Assembly (NCBI GenBank): GCA_051313645.2
Contig: JBNRSN020000005.1
Location: 303,366,001-303,430,000, forward strand
Source of the DNA: Centroscyllium fabricii
Taxonomy: Eukaryota
Direction: 5' to 3'
Length of the DNA stretch: 64,000 nt
This document shows, piece after piece, positions 13,110-24,817 of this stretch. The notes under the pieces are model-generated. The model worked only from the letters and a program-made list of their open reading frames with translations, made no database searches and was not told where the DNA came from. Made by a program: the position numbers and the translations under genes. The first letter of the stretch is position 1. Each line of letters starts with the position of its first letter.

Positions 13110-13882
13110 GGCCCCAAAATTAGGGTGACCGCGGGAGGTTTTGGAGCCAGGTACTCACGCACACGGGCTCCGAATTGCAGGGAGCAGCTGTTTCCCGCTG
13201 CTACCTGTAATTCCGATGATGGCCAGTGGGGGATCGCGAGCTGCAGCAAGCTGTATCGCGTTCGCCTGCGCACCAGGAGGTGCGCAGTGGAATTCCAATT
13301 GTTTTCAGAGTTTTTTTTATCGGGGTAAGTATTGAAGATTTTACGCTGAAAAATATCAGCCGTAACGACCCTTTTTATCAGGTAAGTGTTTTATTTTAAA
13401 GAATGTAATTTTTTTTTTTTTTATTTTTTTTTTAAACAGGTTTTTACTTTTTTTAAACTTTAAAGACAGGTAAGTATTTTTTTAGGCCAGTTAAAAGCTT
13501 TAAAAAAAATCTAAATTTTTATTTTTTCTTTAAAATAGGTAATTTATGTTAGAGTATTGTTAAAAAATGGTGTTTTTTAATTTAATTTTTGTGTTTAGAT
13601 GTGTTTTTGAAGCTCTTCCTTTTCATAACTTACACAGATTTCTCCGTGTAAGTTATGAATGGAGGATTGCTTCCATTGATTGGCTCCCTGCAGATCACGT
13701 GGTCCCGTGCGAGATCTCCCACTAACTAAGATGTTGAGTTGCACCAGCAGGGCGCCTGGAGCTTGCAGCAGCTGTACAACTCGGGATTTCACATCCTAGA
13801 ATTGCAGAACGGCAGGAGCGCAGGGTAAGTGTACCTTGGAGGCATACACTCGCAGGAAGGCTCCGAGGCTAATATTTGGGCC
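13110..13882. mobile_element. Harbinger-like MITE, family A (GGCCC..AAATT TIR)
   Basis: ggccccaaaatt ... aatatttgggcc; GC-rich arms with an AT-rich core; related to 26272, 28590 and 56755. Confidence 0.7.
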
Positions 13883-14277
13883 AATGTTTTAGCCACATAC
13901 ACTAATTTTTGTAGGAAATGCCTTACATACACTCACAAAAGAGGTAGATGTGCATATTTACTTAAACTGTTACAGTTCAGGAATCAGGGAAGTAAAGCAC
14001 TTTCACAATAATCAAAACAACAATTCACATACTGCTTTTTGCCTTACTATTTTACCAACAAATTCACAAAAAGGTTGAAGTACACTTGCCTATGCCATGC
14101 GAATGCGTATTGAGGTCATATGCCTATTGCTCAATTTTGATTTATTAATCAGAAATGCAATTATCCACATCTGGATTCCCAATTATCCATATTTGCCGAG
14201 TGGCTAACATACTGGATAACACTGCCTTACACAAAGGTTGATGTTAAAACTTGCCTCTAATCAGCAGCAGCAGTCCA

Positions 14278-14420
14278 GGTGTCAGCCACGGCTCAGTGGG
14301 CAGCACTCTTGCCTCTGTGTTAGAAGTTTGCGAGTTCAAGTCCTGCTCCAGGCACTTGAGCACAAAATGTAGGCTGACACTCCAGTGCAGCACTGAGGGA
14401 GCAGTGCACTGTCAGAGAAG
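14278..14420 (+). mobile_element. tRNA-derived head of a Deu-type SINE
   Basis: ggctcagtggg (A-box-like) ... gagttcaagtcc (B-box) followed by gctgacactccagtgcag. Confidence 0.65.
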
Positions 14421-14624
14421 CAGAGCTCAATTTTCCCTCGGGTGCGGGGAATTGGCGGGTTCCCGGCATGTCAGGTTTCCCACACAAATCCAAATGGGTC
14501 TGGGAGATCAATGCAATTTTGGCTCAATTGGCCAATTGATTTCCAGCATGTGGGAACCTTGGCAATTGACTGTTTCTAGTCAGAAAGTCGGCGGGACCGG
14601 GATGGTGCTGGTTGATTAAACATG

Positions 14625-14853
14625 AGAGCCCCGTTCCACAGACAAGTGCTGCAGAGCCCCGTTCCACAGACAAGTGCTGCAGAGCCCCGTTCCACAGACA
14701 AGTGCTGCAGAGCCCCGTTCCACAGACAAGTGCTGCAGAGCCCCGTTCCACAGACAAGTGCTGCAGAGCCCCGTTCCACAGACAAGTGCTGCAGAGCCCC
14801 GTTCCACAGACAAGTGCTGCAGAGCCCCGTTCCACAGACAAGTGCTGCAGAGC
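14625..14853 (+). repeat. 28-bp minisatellite, 8 perfect copies
   Basis: (AGAGCCCCGTTCCACAGACAAGTGCTGC)x8 + AGAGC, with no spacers. Confidence 0.97.
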
Positions 14854-15071
14854 TATCTCTCAAACATAAAAAAGAGCTACAAGCTTGAGTTTATAAAAAG
14901 TAATATCCTCACTGATATTGTACACCCTGGGGATACAGTTGGCCCCCATTACTTGTTCTATGTTGAATGAAGCAGTTATTGATCAGTCAGCTGCTGTCAA
15001 ATAATCAGAATCATTCACAATACATCTGGTCTGGATGCTGCTTCACTGAAAGACCCTCATCTAGTGATGGA

Positions 15072-15378
15072 TCATTCTGCAGCATTCGAACCAGTATTTT
15101 TGCCATCACATGCTACAATTTTCACTTTGTCCACTTTCACCAGTTCAGTGACCTCTCGGAATTACACATCATTCAGGACAAATGTCCAAACGTTAGGTAT
15201 TCAAGGAGCCGCTGAAGTTGACCCAGTTGCGGACTCTCTGAGCTAAGGCGTTGTTGATTGCTTTGTCAAATTTTAGCAGGAGCTGCAGGGCCAGCTGAGG
15301 GGTGATCTACTGAGACTGTCTCAGCTTGTCCAAGCTCTCCTGCAGGCTGTTGCCCAGGGTCGAGTTCCGGTACAGCAG
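15072..15378 (-). pseudogene. GTF2A2: Processed pseudogene of general transcription factor IIA subunit 2 (TFIIA-gamma)
   Basis: Minus strand translates [98 protein letters not shown], matching TFIIA-gamma over almost its whole length. Intronless, with two in-frame stops (about 15308 and 15163) and a frameshifting deletion of YRFCD (about 15195). Missed by the ORF track. Confidence 0.95.
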
Positions 15379-15774
15379 GTTAAATCTCATCCTTTGACTT
15401 GCAGCTGATAGTCAGCAAGCCGATTGTGTTCACACCAGGTTTCACCGGTGGGGTTTCCCCACAGGTGGGTTTTGGGTGTGAAAGCGCTTAAAATAGCAAG
15501 GGTCCCTTAAAATGGCATTATAGATGCCAATAATTGCCGATTCAGGTCCCTAAAGACCAGTTCCGCCTGCGGCAGGCGGAACTGATTCGGGTCGATCAGA
15601 CACACCGGCTGGAACTTACAAAGTGTCGGGTTTCAGGCGGGGGGTGGGGGGGGGGGGGGCTCGCGACCCTCACATTTTGCAACTTTCACCCCCACACGCC
15701 TGAAAGCCCGCCTGACGGCCCGAGGAAAATTGACCCCACAATCTTTTGGAGGAAACGTTAAACCGAGGGCCCGT

Positions 15775-18300
15775 CTGCCCTCTCTGGTGGGCGTAAACCC
15801 ATATCCCCAAAACATATTCATGGCCACCCCTCGGCCTTGCCATCTCTCATGGCCTTGCTCCTCCCAGCATGTCAAATGCAGATAAGGCCATCTCTGACCA
15901 CTTCCTCGTATCACTCACCTCCCACTTCCTCCTTCCCCCACCGAACCGTACTTCCTTCTGTGTCCGCCCTTGAAAAAAACTCTCTTACAACTGCATTTAC
16001 GAAATCCCAACTGTCCAGCCTTTGGCCCTGCAGTTCACCATGACCTTTCTGCAGCTACCGATCTGCTCAACCACACCCTCACCACCACTTGTGATGCCCT
16101 AGTCTGTTCACACAATTACTCGCTCTCACCCTGGCCGGTCCCCCGGTACAGTCCTCGTCTTCCCTCCCTTAATTCCAAGGGACGCAGACTTGAACAGACA
16201 TGATGGACAACTGATTTAGCCATTCAGTTGGACCACATGAAGCATTATCGGGTCCTGCTCGTCTGCCAAAATTGCTCACCATTCTAGAATCATTCTGGAA
16301 TGCAAAGATAAACTCCGGCTTCTATTCTCTACTGCTGACTGTCTGCTTAAACCCCTCTCCCTTGTCTCCACCACCCCCACCTCTGAAAACAAGTGTGAGG
16401 AGCTCATGGACTTCTTTGTCTCTAAGATTGAGACCATCTGTTCACCTGCCTCAGTCACTTCCCTTCCTTCCCCATACTCACTGGGTCAAACTTCCTCTAA
16501 GATTTCTCTCTGCCCTAGTCCTGAACTTACATCTTTTTTCAGTTACTCTCCAATCTCCCCTCATGACCTCTCCACACTCATCTTATCCACGAGACCCACT
16601 TCCTGCTCCCTCAGCCCTATTCCCATCAAACTGCTGTCACCCAACTTCCTTTTCTGGCCCTCATGTTTGCTGACATTGTTAATGGTTCTCTCTCCTCAGG
16701 TATTGCTCCCCCTCCCTCAAATCTGCCATCATCACCCTCTCCTCAAGAGAGCAACCCTTGACCCCTCCGTCCTTGCAAACTACCGCCCCATCTCCAACCT
16801 CCCTTTCCTCTCCAAAGTCCTTGAACATGTTGTCGCCTCCCAAATCCGTGCCCATCTTTCCCGCAACTCCATGTTTGAATCCCTCCAATCAGGTTTCTGC
16901 CCCGCCACAGTACCGAAACGGCTCACATCAAAGTCACAAATGACATGAGACCATCATGAGGGGTGATCTGATAGAGGTGTACAAGATTATGACGGTTTTG
17001 ATTAGGCTAGACGGGGAAAGGCTGTTCCCACTAGTTGATGGTACAAGGACTGTGACAAAGGTAAACTATCCCTCCTCATCCTTCTTGACTTGTCTGCAGC
17101 CTTTGACATGGTTGACCACTCCATCCTTCTCCAACGCCTCGCCACCGTCGTCTAGCTGGGTGGGACTGCACTCGCCTGATTCCATTCTTATCCATCTAAT
17201 CGTAGCCAAAGAATCACCCGCAATGGCTTCTCTTCTCGCTCCCGTATTGTTACCTCTGGTGTCCCCAAGAATCTATCCTTGGCCCCTCCTATTTCTCATC
17301 TACATGTTGCCCCTTGGTGACATCATCTGAAAACACAGCATCAGTTACCACATGTACGCTGACAACACCCAGCTCTACCTCACCCTCTCGCGACCCCTTC
17401 ATGGTCTGTAAATTGATAAACTGCTTGTCCGACATCCAGTTCTGGTTGAACAGAAATTTTCTCCAATTAAATATTGGGAAGATCGAAGCCATTGTTTTCA
17501 GACCCCGCCACAAACTCTGTCCCCTTGCCACTGAATCCATCCCTCTCCCTAACATCTGACTGAGGCTGAACCACACGGTTCGCAACTTTGGTGTCATATT
17601 TGACTGTGGAATGAGCTTCCGACCACATATCCGTGGCATAACTAAGACTGCCTATTTCCACCTCCGTAACATCGCCCGTCTCTGCCCTGCCTCAGCTCAA
17701 TCCCTGCTGAAACCCTCATCCATGCCTTTGTTACCTCTAGACTTGACTATTCCAACACACTCCTGGCTGGCCTCCCAAATTCTACCCTACGTAAACTTGA
17801 GGTCATCCAAAACTCTGCTGCCCGTGTCCTAACTCGCACCAAGACCCATTGACCCATCACCCCTGTGCTCGCTGACCTACATTGGCGCCCGGTTACGCAA
17901 CACCTCGATTTCAAAATTCTCATGTGTGTTTACAAATCCCTTCCTGGCCTCACCCCTCCCTACCTCTGTAAGCTCATCCAGCCCCACAACCCCCAAAATA
18001 TCTGCGCTCCTCTAATTCTGCCCTCCTGAGCATCCCTGATTATAATCAACATTGGTGGCCGTGCCTTCTGTTGCCTGGGCCCGAAGATCTGGAATTCCCT
18101 GCCTAAACCTCTCCGCCTCTCTTTCCTCCTTTAGTGTGCTCCTTAAAACCTACCTCTTTGATTAAGCTTTTGATCATTTGCAATAATTTCTCCTTGTGAC
18201 TCAGTGTAAAAAAAATGTTGTCTTATAATACTCCTGTGAAGCGCCTTGGGACGTTTTACTATGTTAAAGGCGCTATATAAATACAAGTAGTAGTTGTTGT
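15775..18300 (+). mobile_element. L2-clade LINE, decayed (endonuclease end, RT, 3' tail)
   Basis: NYRPISNLPFLSKVLEHVV (16406..16948), YADNTQLY, NFLQLNIGK; tail aaggcgctatataaatacaagt(agt/tgt)n. Confidence 0.9.
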
Positions 18301-18304
18301 AAAA

Positions 18305-18560
18305 ATCCCCTGGTAGTATTTATAGAGGAGAAGAGGATCTAAGTGTCCTGGCCAATATTTAGCCCTCATTCAACATCACTAAAAACAGATTATCTGGCCA
18401 ATATCACGTTGCTGTTTGTGGGAGCTTGCTGTGCGCAAATTGGCTGCCGCGTTTCCTACATTGCAACAGTGGCTCCACGTCAAAAGCACTTCATTGGCTG
18501 TAAAGCGCTTTGGGGCGTCCCGAGGTCGTGAAAGGCGCTATATAAATGCAATACTTTCTT
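18305..18560 (+). mobile_element. Deu-domain SINE (SacSINE1-like), 3' part
   Basis: gtcctggccaatattt...ttgctgtttgtgggagcttgctgtgcgcaaattggctgccg...aaggcgctatataaatgcaa. Confidence 0.8.
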
Positions 18561-19080
18561 CCTTTCATAATCATTTTAGCTGTTACTGACTTACGACGAC
18601 ATTTTTGGAGCAGCGTTTTTCTCAGGAATTACTACTCAATAAAGGTGCGCTGAATGCAAGTTCCCACTTTTGCAATTTCAGCGTCGAGTCAGATGCGTTA
18701 ACTAAAATGTTATTACTGCATTACAGGGCTCTCCCAGTAGATAGTCCGCGCGACACTTTTCATGAGAGAGAGTGTGACAGTACAATGAAAATGAGCAGCT
18801 AGGGACCGAAAAACAAATTAGTTTTAATTTCAATTTGCAACCCAGCAAATTAACAATTAGTGAAGTAAAGCTCACCAGTACAATTTGTGTGAATCTTCCA
18901 TGGTGCACTCCTTCAATAACGGTGAGGTACCTGGCTACTCTCAAGAAATAACATAACTATTAGAGCACATTCTAGGTTGGTCCTGCTGTTCCATCCATAA
19001 TAATTAGTTTAATTCACTAATAAGGCAATTGCACAGAATAAACTGGAAAATTCAGTCCATTGGGCACTCTGGTGTATTAA

Positions 19081-19718
19081 AACATAGAAACACAGAAGAT
19101 AGGAGCAGGAGTAGGCCATTCAGCCCCTCGAGCCTGCTCCGCCATTCAATGAGATCATGGCTGATCATCCAAACCCAGTACCCCGTCCCTGCCTTCTCTC
19201 CATATCCCTTGGTCCCTTTAGCCTTAAGAAATACAGGTTGCGCACCATTAATCCGGCACCCTCGGGGACCAGGCCGGTGCTTGACCACTGAAAATTCCGA
19301 ACCACTGAAGGTTCGGGGGGAGCGCGCGGTAGAACACTCCCCGAGGCCCGGAGCGTGCGGCAGAACACTCCCCGGGAGGGAGCCAGGGGATAGAACACTT
19401 ACAAAACCTAAAAAAACAGAAATCCCCAAATGCCCGACGCCGTCGGCGCTCGCTCACCCTTCCTGAGAAATGGTGGCGCCGCCGAGTGGCCGCTCCGCAA
19501 GATGAAGAGCACCGGTTTCCAACCGTGCCGAACCACTGAAGCTGCCGGACCATCGGGTGCCGGATTACCGGTGCTCAACCTGTATATTTAACTCCTTCTT
19601 GAATATATTTAATGAATTGGCCTCTACGGCCTTCTGTGGTAGAGAATTCCACAGGTTGACCACTCTCTGGGTGAAGAAATTTCTCATCTCGGTCCTAAAT
19701 GGCTTACCCCTTATCCTT
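19081..19718 (-). mobile_element. CR1 3' tail interrupted by a MITE
   Basis: aacatagaaac..gataggagcaggagtaggccattc tail; resumes after 19584. Confidence 0.85.
19234..19582. mobile_element. Tigger-like MITE (CAGGTTG(C/A)GCACC TIR, TA TSD)
   Basis: TA|CAGGTTGCGCACCATTAATCCGGCAC ... GTGCCGGATTACCGGTGCTCAACCTG|TA. Confidence 0.9.
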
Positions 19719-20561
19719 ATTGGTTGCATTGTACCTTTAACTCTAATGCTAGAAATCAGACATGAAAAATGTCATTTACATTGGCATGGGAGTCAGACCG
19801 CCAAGCTTACAGATCAAAAAAAATCCATTATGGTAAAATTTATGAACTAGATTTCAACCTACTTATCTAGTTGTCTTGACAGCATCACAATATTAGCATA
19901 TATTTATAGTGTACGCCTGCATTTGTAGAATGTGTTTATTCTTTACTCTTTTAAAAGGATTTTATATCTAAACAAAATAAAGTTGATTATATTAATAAAA
20001 TATCTATCACTTTGAAGTTTCCACAACATAGTCAATGCGGTCATAGGCAATGCTGTCTAGCAAACATTGCCTCATACAAACATTAAAGAAGCAAATTCAA
20101 TAGTGAAGGTAAAAGGATTACTTAAAATGCATAAAGCATAAAACAGCAAATCAAAAGCAGTAATACTCAGAGGAGGTGGGATCTTAAAAGGTTATTTTCC
20201 TCAATCCTCTGTTTTGCTCTCAGTTACTATACAGTGCTTTCAGTTTTGAAAAAAATATCAAATGTTTTCTGATGAAGTCAGTTACCGAACTGTTACTGCA
20301 CAATCACAATTTCCAACTTTTTGTCCTTCATATATTCTACTGATTCTGAGGACTTGCTGTGGAGATTTTTTGAAAGCTAGACTTGCTGTATAGAGTCACC
20401 GATTCAGGGTCTTGTAACCAGTGTAAATTGCACTGGATTGCAGCAAACATCAACAATAACAACTTGCATTTATACAGCACCTTTAACATGGTAAAACGTT
20501 CCAAGGCGCTTCACAGGAGCGTTATCAGACAAAATTTGACAATACGTCAAATAAGGAGATA

Positions 20562-21025
20562 CAGGTTGAGCACCGTTAATCCGGCACCCTTGGGACCAAG
20601 CCGGTGCTGGACCACTGAAAATTCAGAACCAGTGAAGGTTTGGGGGGAGCACGCGGTAGAACACACCCCAGGGCCGTGAGTGCGCGGTAGAACACCCCCC
20701 GGGGCCCGGAGCGTGCGGTAGAACACTCCCCGGGACCTGGAGCGCACGGTAGAACACCCCCCGGGGCCCGGAGCGTGCGGTAGAACACTCCCCAGGGCCG
20801 GTTGTGCGCGGTAGAACACTCCACGGGAGCCCGGGGACAAAACACTTAGAACACCTAAAAAAAGAAACCCAAATGCCCGACGCCGTCGGCGCTCGCTCAC
20901 TCTTCCTAGGAAACAGTGGCGCCGCCGAGCGGCTGCTCCGCAAAATGAAGAGCGCCGGTTTCCAATCATGCCGAACCACTGAAGCTGCCGAACCATTGGG
21001 TGCCGGATTACTGGTGCTCAACCTG
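20562..21025. mobile_element. Tigger-like MITE with a ~31-bp internal tandem array
   Basis: CAGGTTGAGCACCGTTAATCCGGCAC ... GTGCCGGATTACTGGTGCTCAACCTG; GCGGTAGAACAC(T/C)CCCCGGGGCCCGGAGCGT repeated about 6 times. Confidence 0.9.
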
Positions 21026-21422
21026 GATTAGGACAAGTGACCAAAAGCTAGAAGGAAGAAGTGGTAGAGAGGCAGAGACATTTAGGAAGGGAATGCCAGT
21101 GCCTGAGGCCTAGATAACTGAAGGCACAACCACCAATGGTGAGGTGTAGGGAACCAGCAATGCACAAGAGGCCAGAATCGGAGCAATGCAGAGTTCTCCG
21201 AGGATTGTAGGGCTGGAGGAAGTTACAGAGGTCGGCAGGGGTAAACCAATGTACGGATTTGAACACAAGGAAGAGAATCTTAAATTTGAGGCATTGCTGG
21301 ACCGGGAGCCAATGTAAGTCAGCGAGCACAGGGGTGATGGGAGAACGGGACTTGGTGCAAGTTAGGATACGGGTAGCACAGTTTTGGATGAGCTCAAGTT
21401 TATGAAGGTTGGAGAATAGGAA

Positions 21423-21628
21423 TGCAAGAAGTCACACAACACCAGATTATAGTCCAACAGTTTTATTTTAAATCACAAGCTTTCGGAGCGTCTGCCCCTT
21501 CGTCAGGTGACGACTGGCAAAAGCTCCGAAAGCTTGTGATTTAAAATAAAACTGTTGGACTATAATCTGGTGTTGTGTGACTTCTTGCATTTGTCCACCC
21601 CAGTCCAACACCGGCACCTCCACATCAT
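21423..21628. mobile_element. Fold-back Penelope-type pseudo-LTR element, 12-bp TSD GGAGAATAGGAA
   Basis: ~66-bp inverted arms around a short loop, plus a ~40-bp unique tail; TSD at 21411-21422 and 21629-21640. Confidence 0.8.
21473..21510 (-). ncRNA. Minimal type I hammerhead ribozyme motif
   Basis: TCAC-CTGACGA-A-GGGGC(AGAC)GCTCC-GAAA-GC-TT-GTGA: intact CUGANGA/GAAA core, stem II, stem I TCAC/GTGA, palindromic AAGCTT in place of stem III. Confidence 0.8.
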
Positions 21629-22543
21629 GGAGAATAGGAAGCCAGCCGGTAAAGAATAGTCGAATCTGGAGGTGACAAAGGCATGGATGAGGGTTGCAGC
21701 AGCAGATGGGCTGAGGGGGGAGCGGAGACGGGCGACGGTACGGAGGTGGCAGGGTTACAGTGTCACAGGAGGCATTCACTACTACAGGCTGCAAACATCA
21801 TGCACCAATATTGGAGCATGTATATGACCTGCAAGCAACATATAGAAGAGGTGGTCATCATGTTGAAATTTAGCCTAGTGCAGCAAGTTCCACATAGCAC
21901 TAAGGAGGATTTTCTAACAGCAACAGAATTTGTTCTTTGAATAATTTTAGTAATTTTGTTCTTGTTATTTGATCTAAAAGTTAACAGCGTATGTAATGAA
22001 TTTAAGACCAATAATCTTTCCCATCAAAATAATGAACAAAGCCAATCCCACCCTCAAGCAGCACAGGCCCGGAGTTTATTTCAAGTAATTGAGAGGTTGG
22101 GGGGAGCTGAAGGTCGGGCAGAAGCCATTTAATTCACTCTTCTCAATTGGCTGCCATTTTCATGAGCAAGGGCATCCAGTGCATTTTATAACAATTATAA
22201 AACAAACATTCAGATTTAAGTGGAAGTATTTAAAATCCAGACATCTATTTGCCTCTTTTAATGCTTTCTTCCCCATATCTGGAATCTTGTTTCTAGTATG
22301 GTGGATAGGTGACTGTTTCACAGTCCTACATTCTTGTGTCCTTAACATGTCAAGTTTCCCTATCTATGGGAACACTGTAGGGTCTGGCTTACTTAAATGT
22401 CACCTTCTGACTAATACACCAATTATGCATGTCGTCCAATATCAAATAACTCAAATTACCAGAGCATTTCACAAGGTCACAAAGTAAACAAAGAGGAGGG
22501 TGGACACTCGGCTCATTTACACAGGATTTTGTTTTAAAAAACT

Positions 22544-22807
22544 TGTGATGAACCTTTTGGTGTGGTTCACACTGTACGGTTATTGTATAGTTTTGTTTAA
22601 TGTGTTTGTTATATATCTGTTAATATTTGTACCTTTCTGTAAGGACCTGTACCGGCTGACCCCACCTCTGGGTACTAGTATAAAGGAGAATGCTCCGCCC
22701 ACTTATCTCTCATTCCGGGCAGGCTCATCGGGGACACGGTTCAGTTCCTTGTTAATAAAAGCCACTTATTTAAGAACTCGCTGCCGTCTTTGATTTGAGG
22801 CATCTCA
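22544..22807 (+). mobile_element. Solo LTR (same family as 6948), TSD AAACT
   Basis: aaact|TGTGATGAACC...GAGGCATCTCA|aaact; TATAAA and AATAAA present. Confidence 0.85.
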
Positions 22808-24669
22808 AAACTTACATTTACTTCCCAACACATCATCCAGCTGGATCTTGAACTCGATCTTTTATTTAATCTAATTTAACCAATGATGTTGTGATCCCGC
22901 AGAAATTATATAGACAACTGATAAGTGTTTTTTTTTTTAAAAGCATCAATATAATTTAGTTTGTAATATAACTCTTATCAGTACAATGTCCTCGCATTTT
23001 TACTTCCACTATCCTAACCTGAAGACCACATGTTGATCTTATTTTAGGTGGAGGATCTTCCTGATCCAAGCCCCAATTTGATCTTTTACCAGTTTTGGTT
23101 TATAATTCATTGTTCCACTGTCATGGCTTATTCAAAACCTCTAGGAGGTGCCCTTTTGTGACACCTTTTTAAACTTGAAAAAGCCTCAGTTTCTCTAATA
23201 TCTCCTCATAGTCAGTCAATCATCTGATGCTAGAGGTCAGCCTTGTGGCTCTCTCTCCACCAGCTCCAAGGCTACATCTTTCCCTAGAATCTTAGTGACC
23301 AAAACTAGACAATGGTCATGGTGCGGACTACTGCACAGTTCTGGCATGACATTCTCCTTCAAAACATTTTATAAAAATGTAATTTGGCCAGTTGTTCGAC
23401 AGTTTTATTTTTCAGTTATCAAAACAGTTCACAAGTCCTGCATAGAAGGTGGTATCTGAGGTTACACCATGAAGGCTTAAGGTGTCATAATCTGTGGTCA
23501 CTGTGGTACCAGTAACACATTCCTGTTTTTAAGCACTTCACTAAATCCAGGTAGTTACTCAACTGTACAGTAAGTATACAGCAAACAATTCAAATCATAC
23601 ATTATTAATCTTTTATGCCAATGTCATGCCTTATGGCTAATTTCTGGAAAGTGGTGCATATTTCAACATGAAAAACATTGGAATCCAAGTCATATTCTGT
23701 GCAGGCCATTTTGAAAGCATATTGTATTTCAATTATTTTTTACAAATTGCAACTACATTGCAACAAATACTATGACTTTCAGTGCACAGATCACATTTTC
23801 ACATATGTATTTATGATGTGCCATCCTGGGATATATCTTATTCACAGGTGGAATGCCATTTTGTTGCAATTTGCATTCCAGATTTTATAGTAGGTATCAA
23901 TGCCTGGCAAAATGAACACTAGGTATTGCTGCAGCTCTATCAACTCAACAGGCAGGGGTGGAATTTCCTAACTTGGTCTGTACTACTAAATTTGTCCATA
24001 TATAGTAGTCGGAGAAAGACTAATTGCTTGAAGCTTTAATTTTTCAGCTTATTCAAAAAGAAGTATTAACTATCTTTCTAAAAATAGGTGAACCGAATCA
24101 CATTTAGACTTCTATTATGTGATCATTTGGAAAGTTAACAGTTATCACTGCATCCTTTAGGTTATGCTATTTCTTCTCAAACTCAAAGACAGGTTAGAAA
24201 ATGCACAACCCAAAAAGCTAAAAGACACAATGGTGGGTTTTTCCAAGTGTTTTCAAAAATGTAAAAGTCTGATGAGCTGAAGTTCTGGAATTGCTTTAAG
24301 GCCAAACAATCAGATAATCCGAAAGATCTAAATTTTATTTCATTTCAGACTTGGATGCGCCTGTTTCTTTAAGAAAAGCACCACATGCCGAGGGATTACT
24401 GACAAACTTGTGTCTCTCCTGCACTCACACACATCCATTTTCTAAGTTGCAAATCTGCGATGGGAGGGCTGGAGTTAAATAACTTCAATCATAAAGGAAT
24501 GAGTGGCAAAATGGTAGTGCTGTCATGTCATAATTCTGTATGCTCCCTCACCTGGTGCTTCAAGGATATGTGCCCAAACATCCAACTTCCCTGTAGTGAA
24601 GTGTGTTGCCTGTATGTAGGGGTAGAGTGGAAAGAGAAGAGAAAGAGGAGCAATCCCAGTTCTTTACAT

Positions 24670-24815
24670 GGATTTCAGTAAAGCTTTTTGACAAAGTCCC
24701 GCATAGGAGGCTGGTCAAGAAGGTAGGAGCCCATGGGATTCAGGGCACATTGACACAGTGGATCCAAAACTGGCTTAGTGGCAGGAAGCAGAGGGTGATG
24801 GTCGAAGAATGTTTC
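24670..24815 (+). mobile_element. CR1 RT fragment
   Basis: FDKVPHRRLVKKVGAHGIQG..WIQNWLSGRKQRVMV. Confidence 0.8.
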
Positions 24816-24817
24816 TG

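Larger units (their letters stand above)
14423..15737. mobile_element. Harbinger-like TIR element enclosing a minisatellite and a GTF2A2 retrocopy
   Basis: Left GAGCTCAATTTTCCCTCGGG; right CCCGAGGAAAATTGACCCC (revcomp GGGGTCAATTTTCCTCGGG); flanks gca/aca; the right arm is homologous to the revcomp of 49210-49330. Confidence 0.65.
20445..21745 (-). mobile_element. L2 3' end, interrupted by a MITE and a fold-back element
   Basis: ORF 21048..21329 LADLHWLPV...FKIL; caacaataacaacttgcatttata tail. Confidence 0.8.

Noticed and set aside
14625-14853. CRISPR-like array (28-bp repeats)
   Set aside because: Repeats abut directly with no unique spacers, the context is vertebrate and there are no cas genes; this is a minisatellite.
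15072-15390. Functional GTF2A2 gene
   Set aside because: Two premature stops, a frameshifting deletion and no introns.
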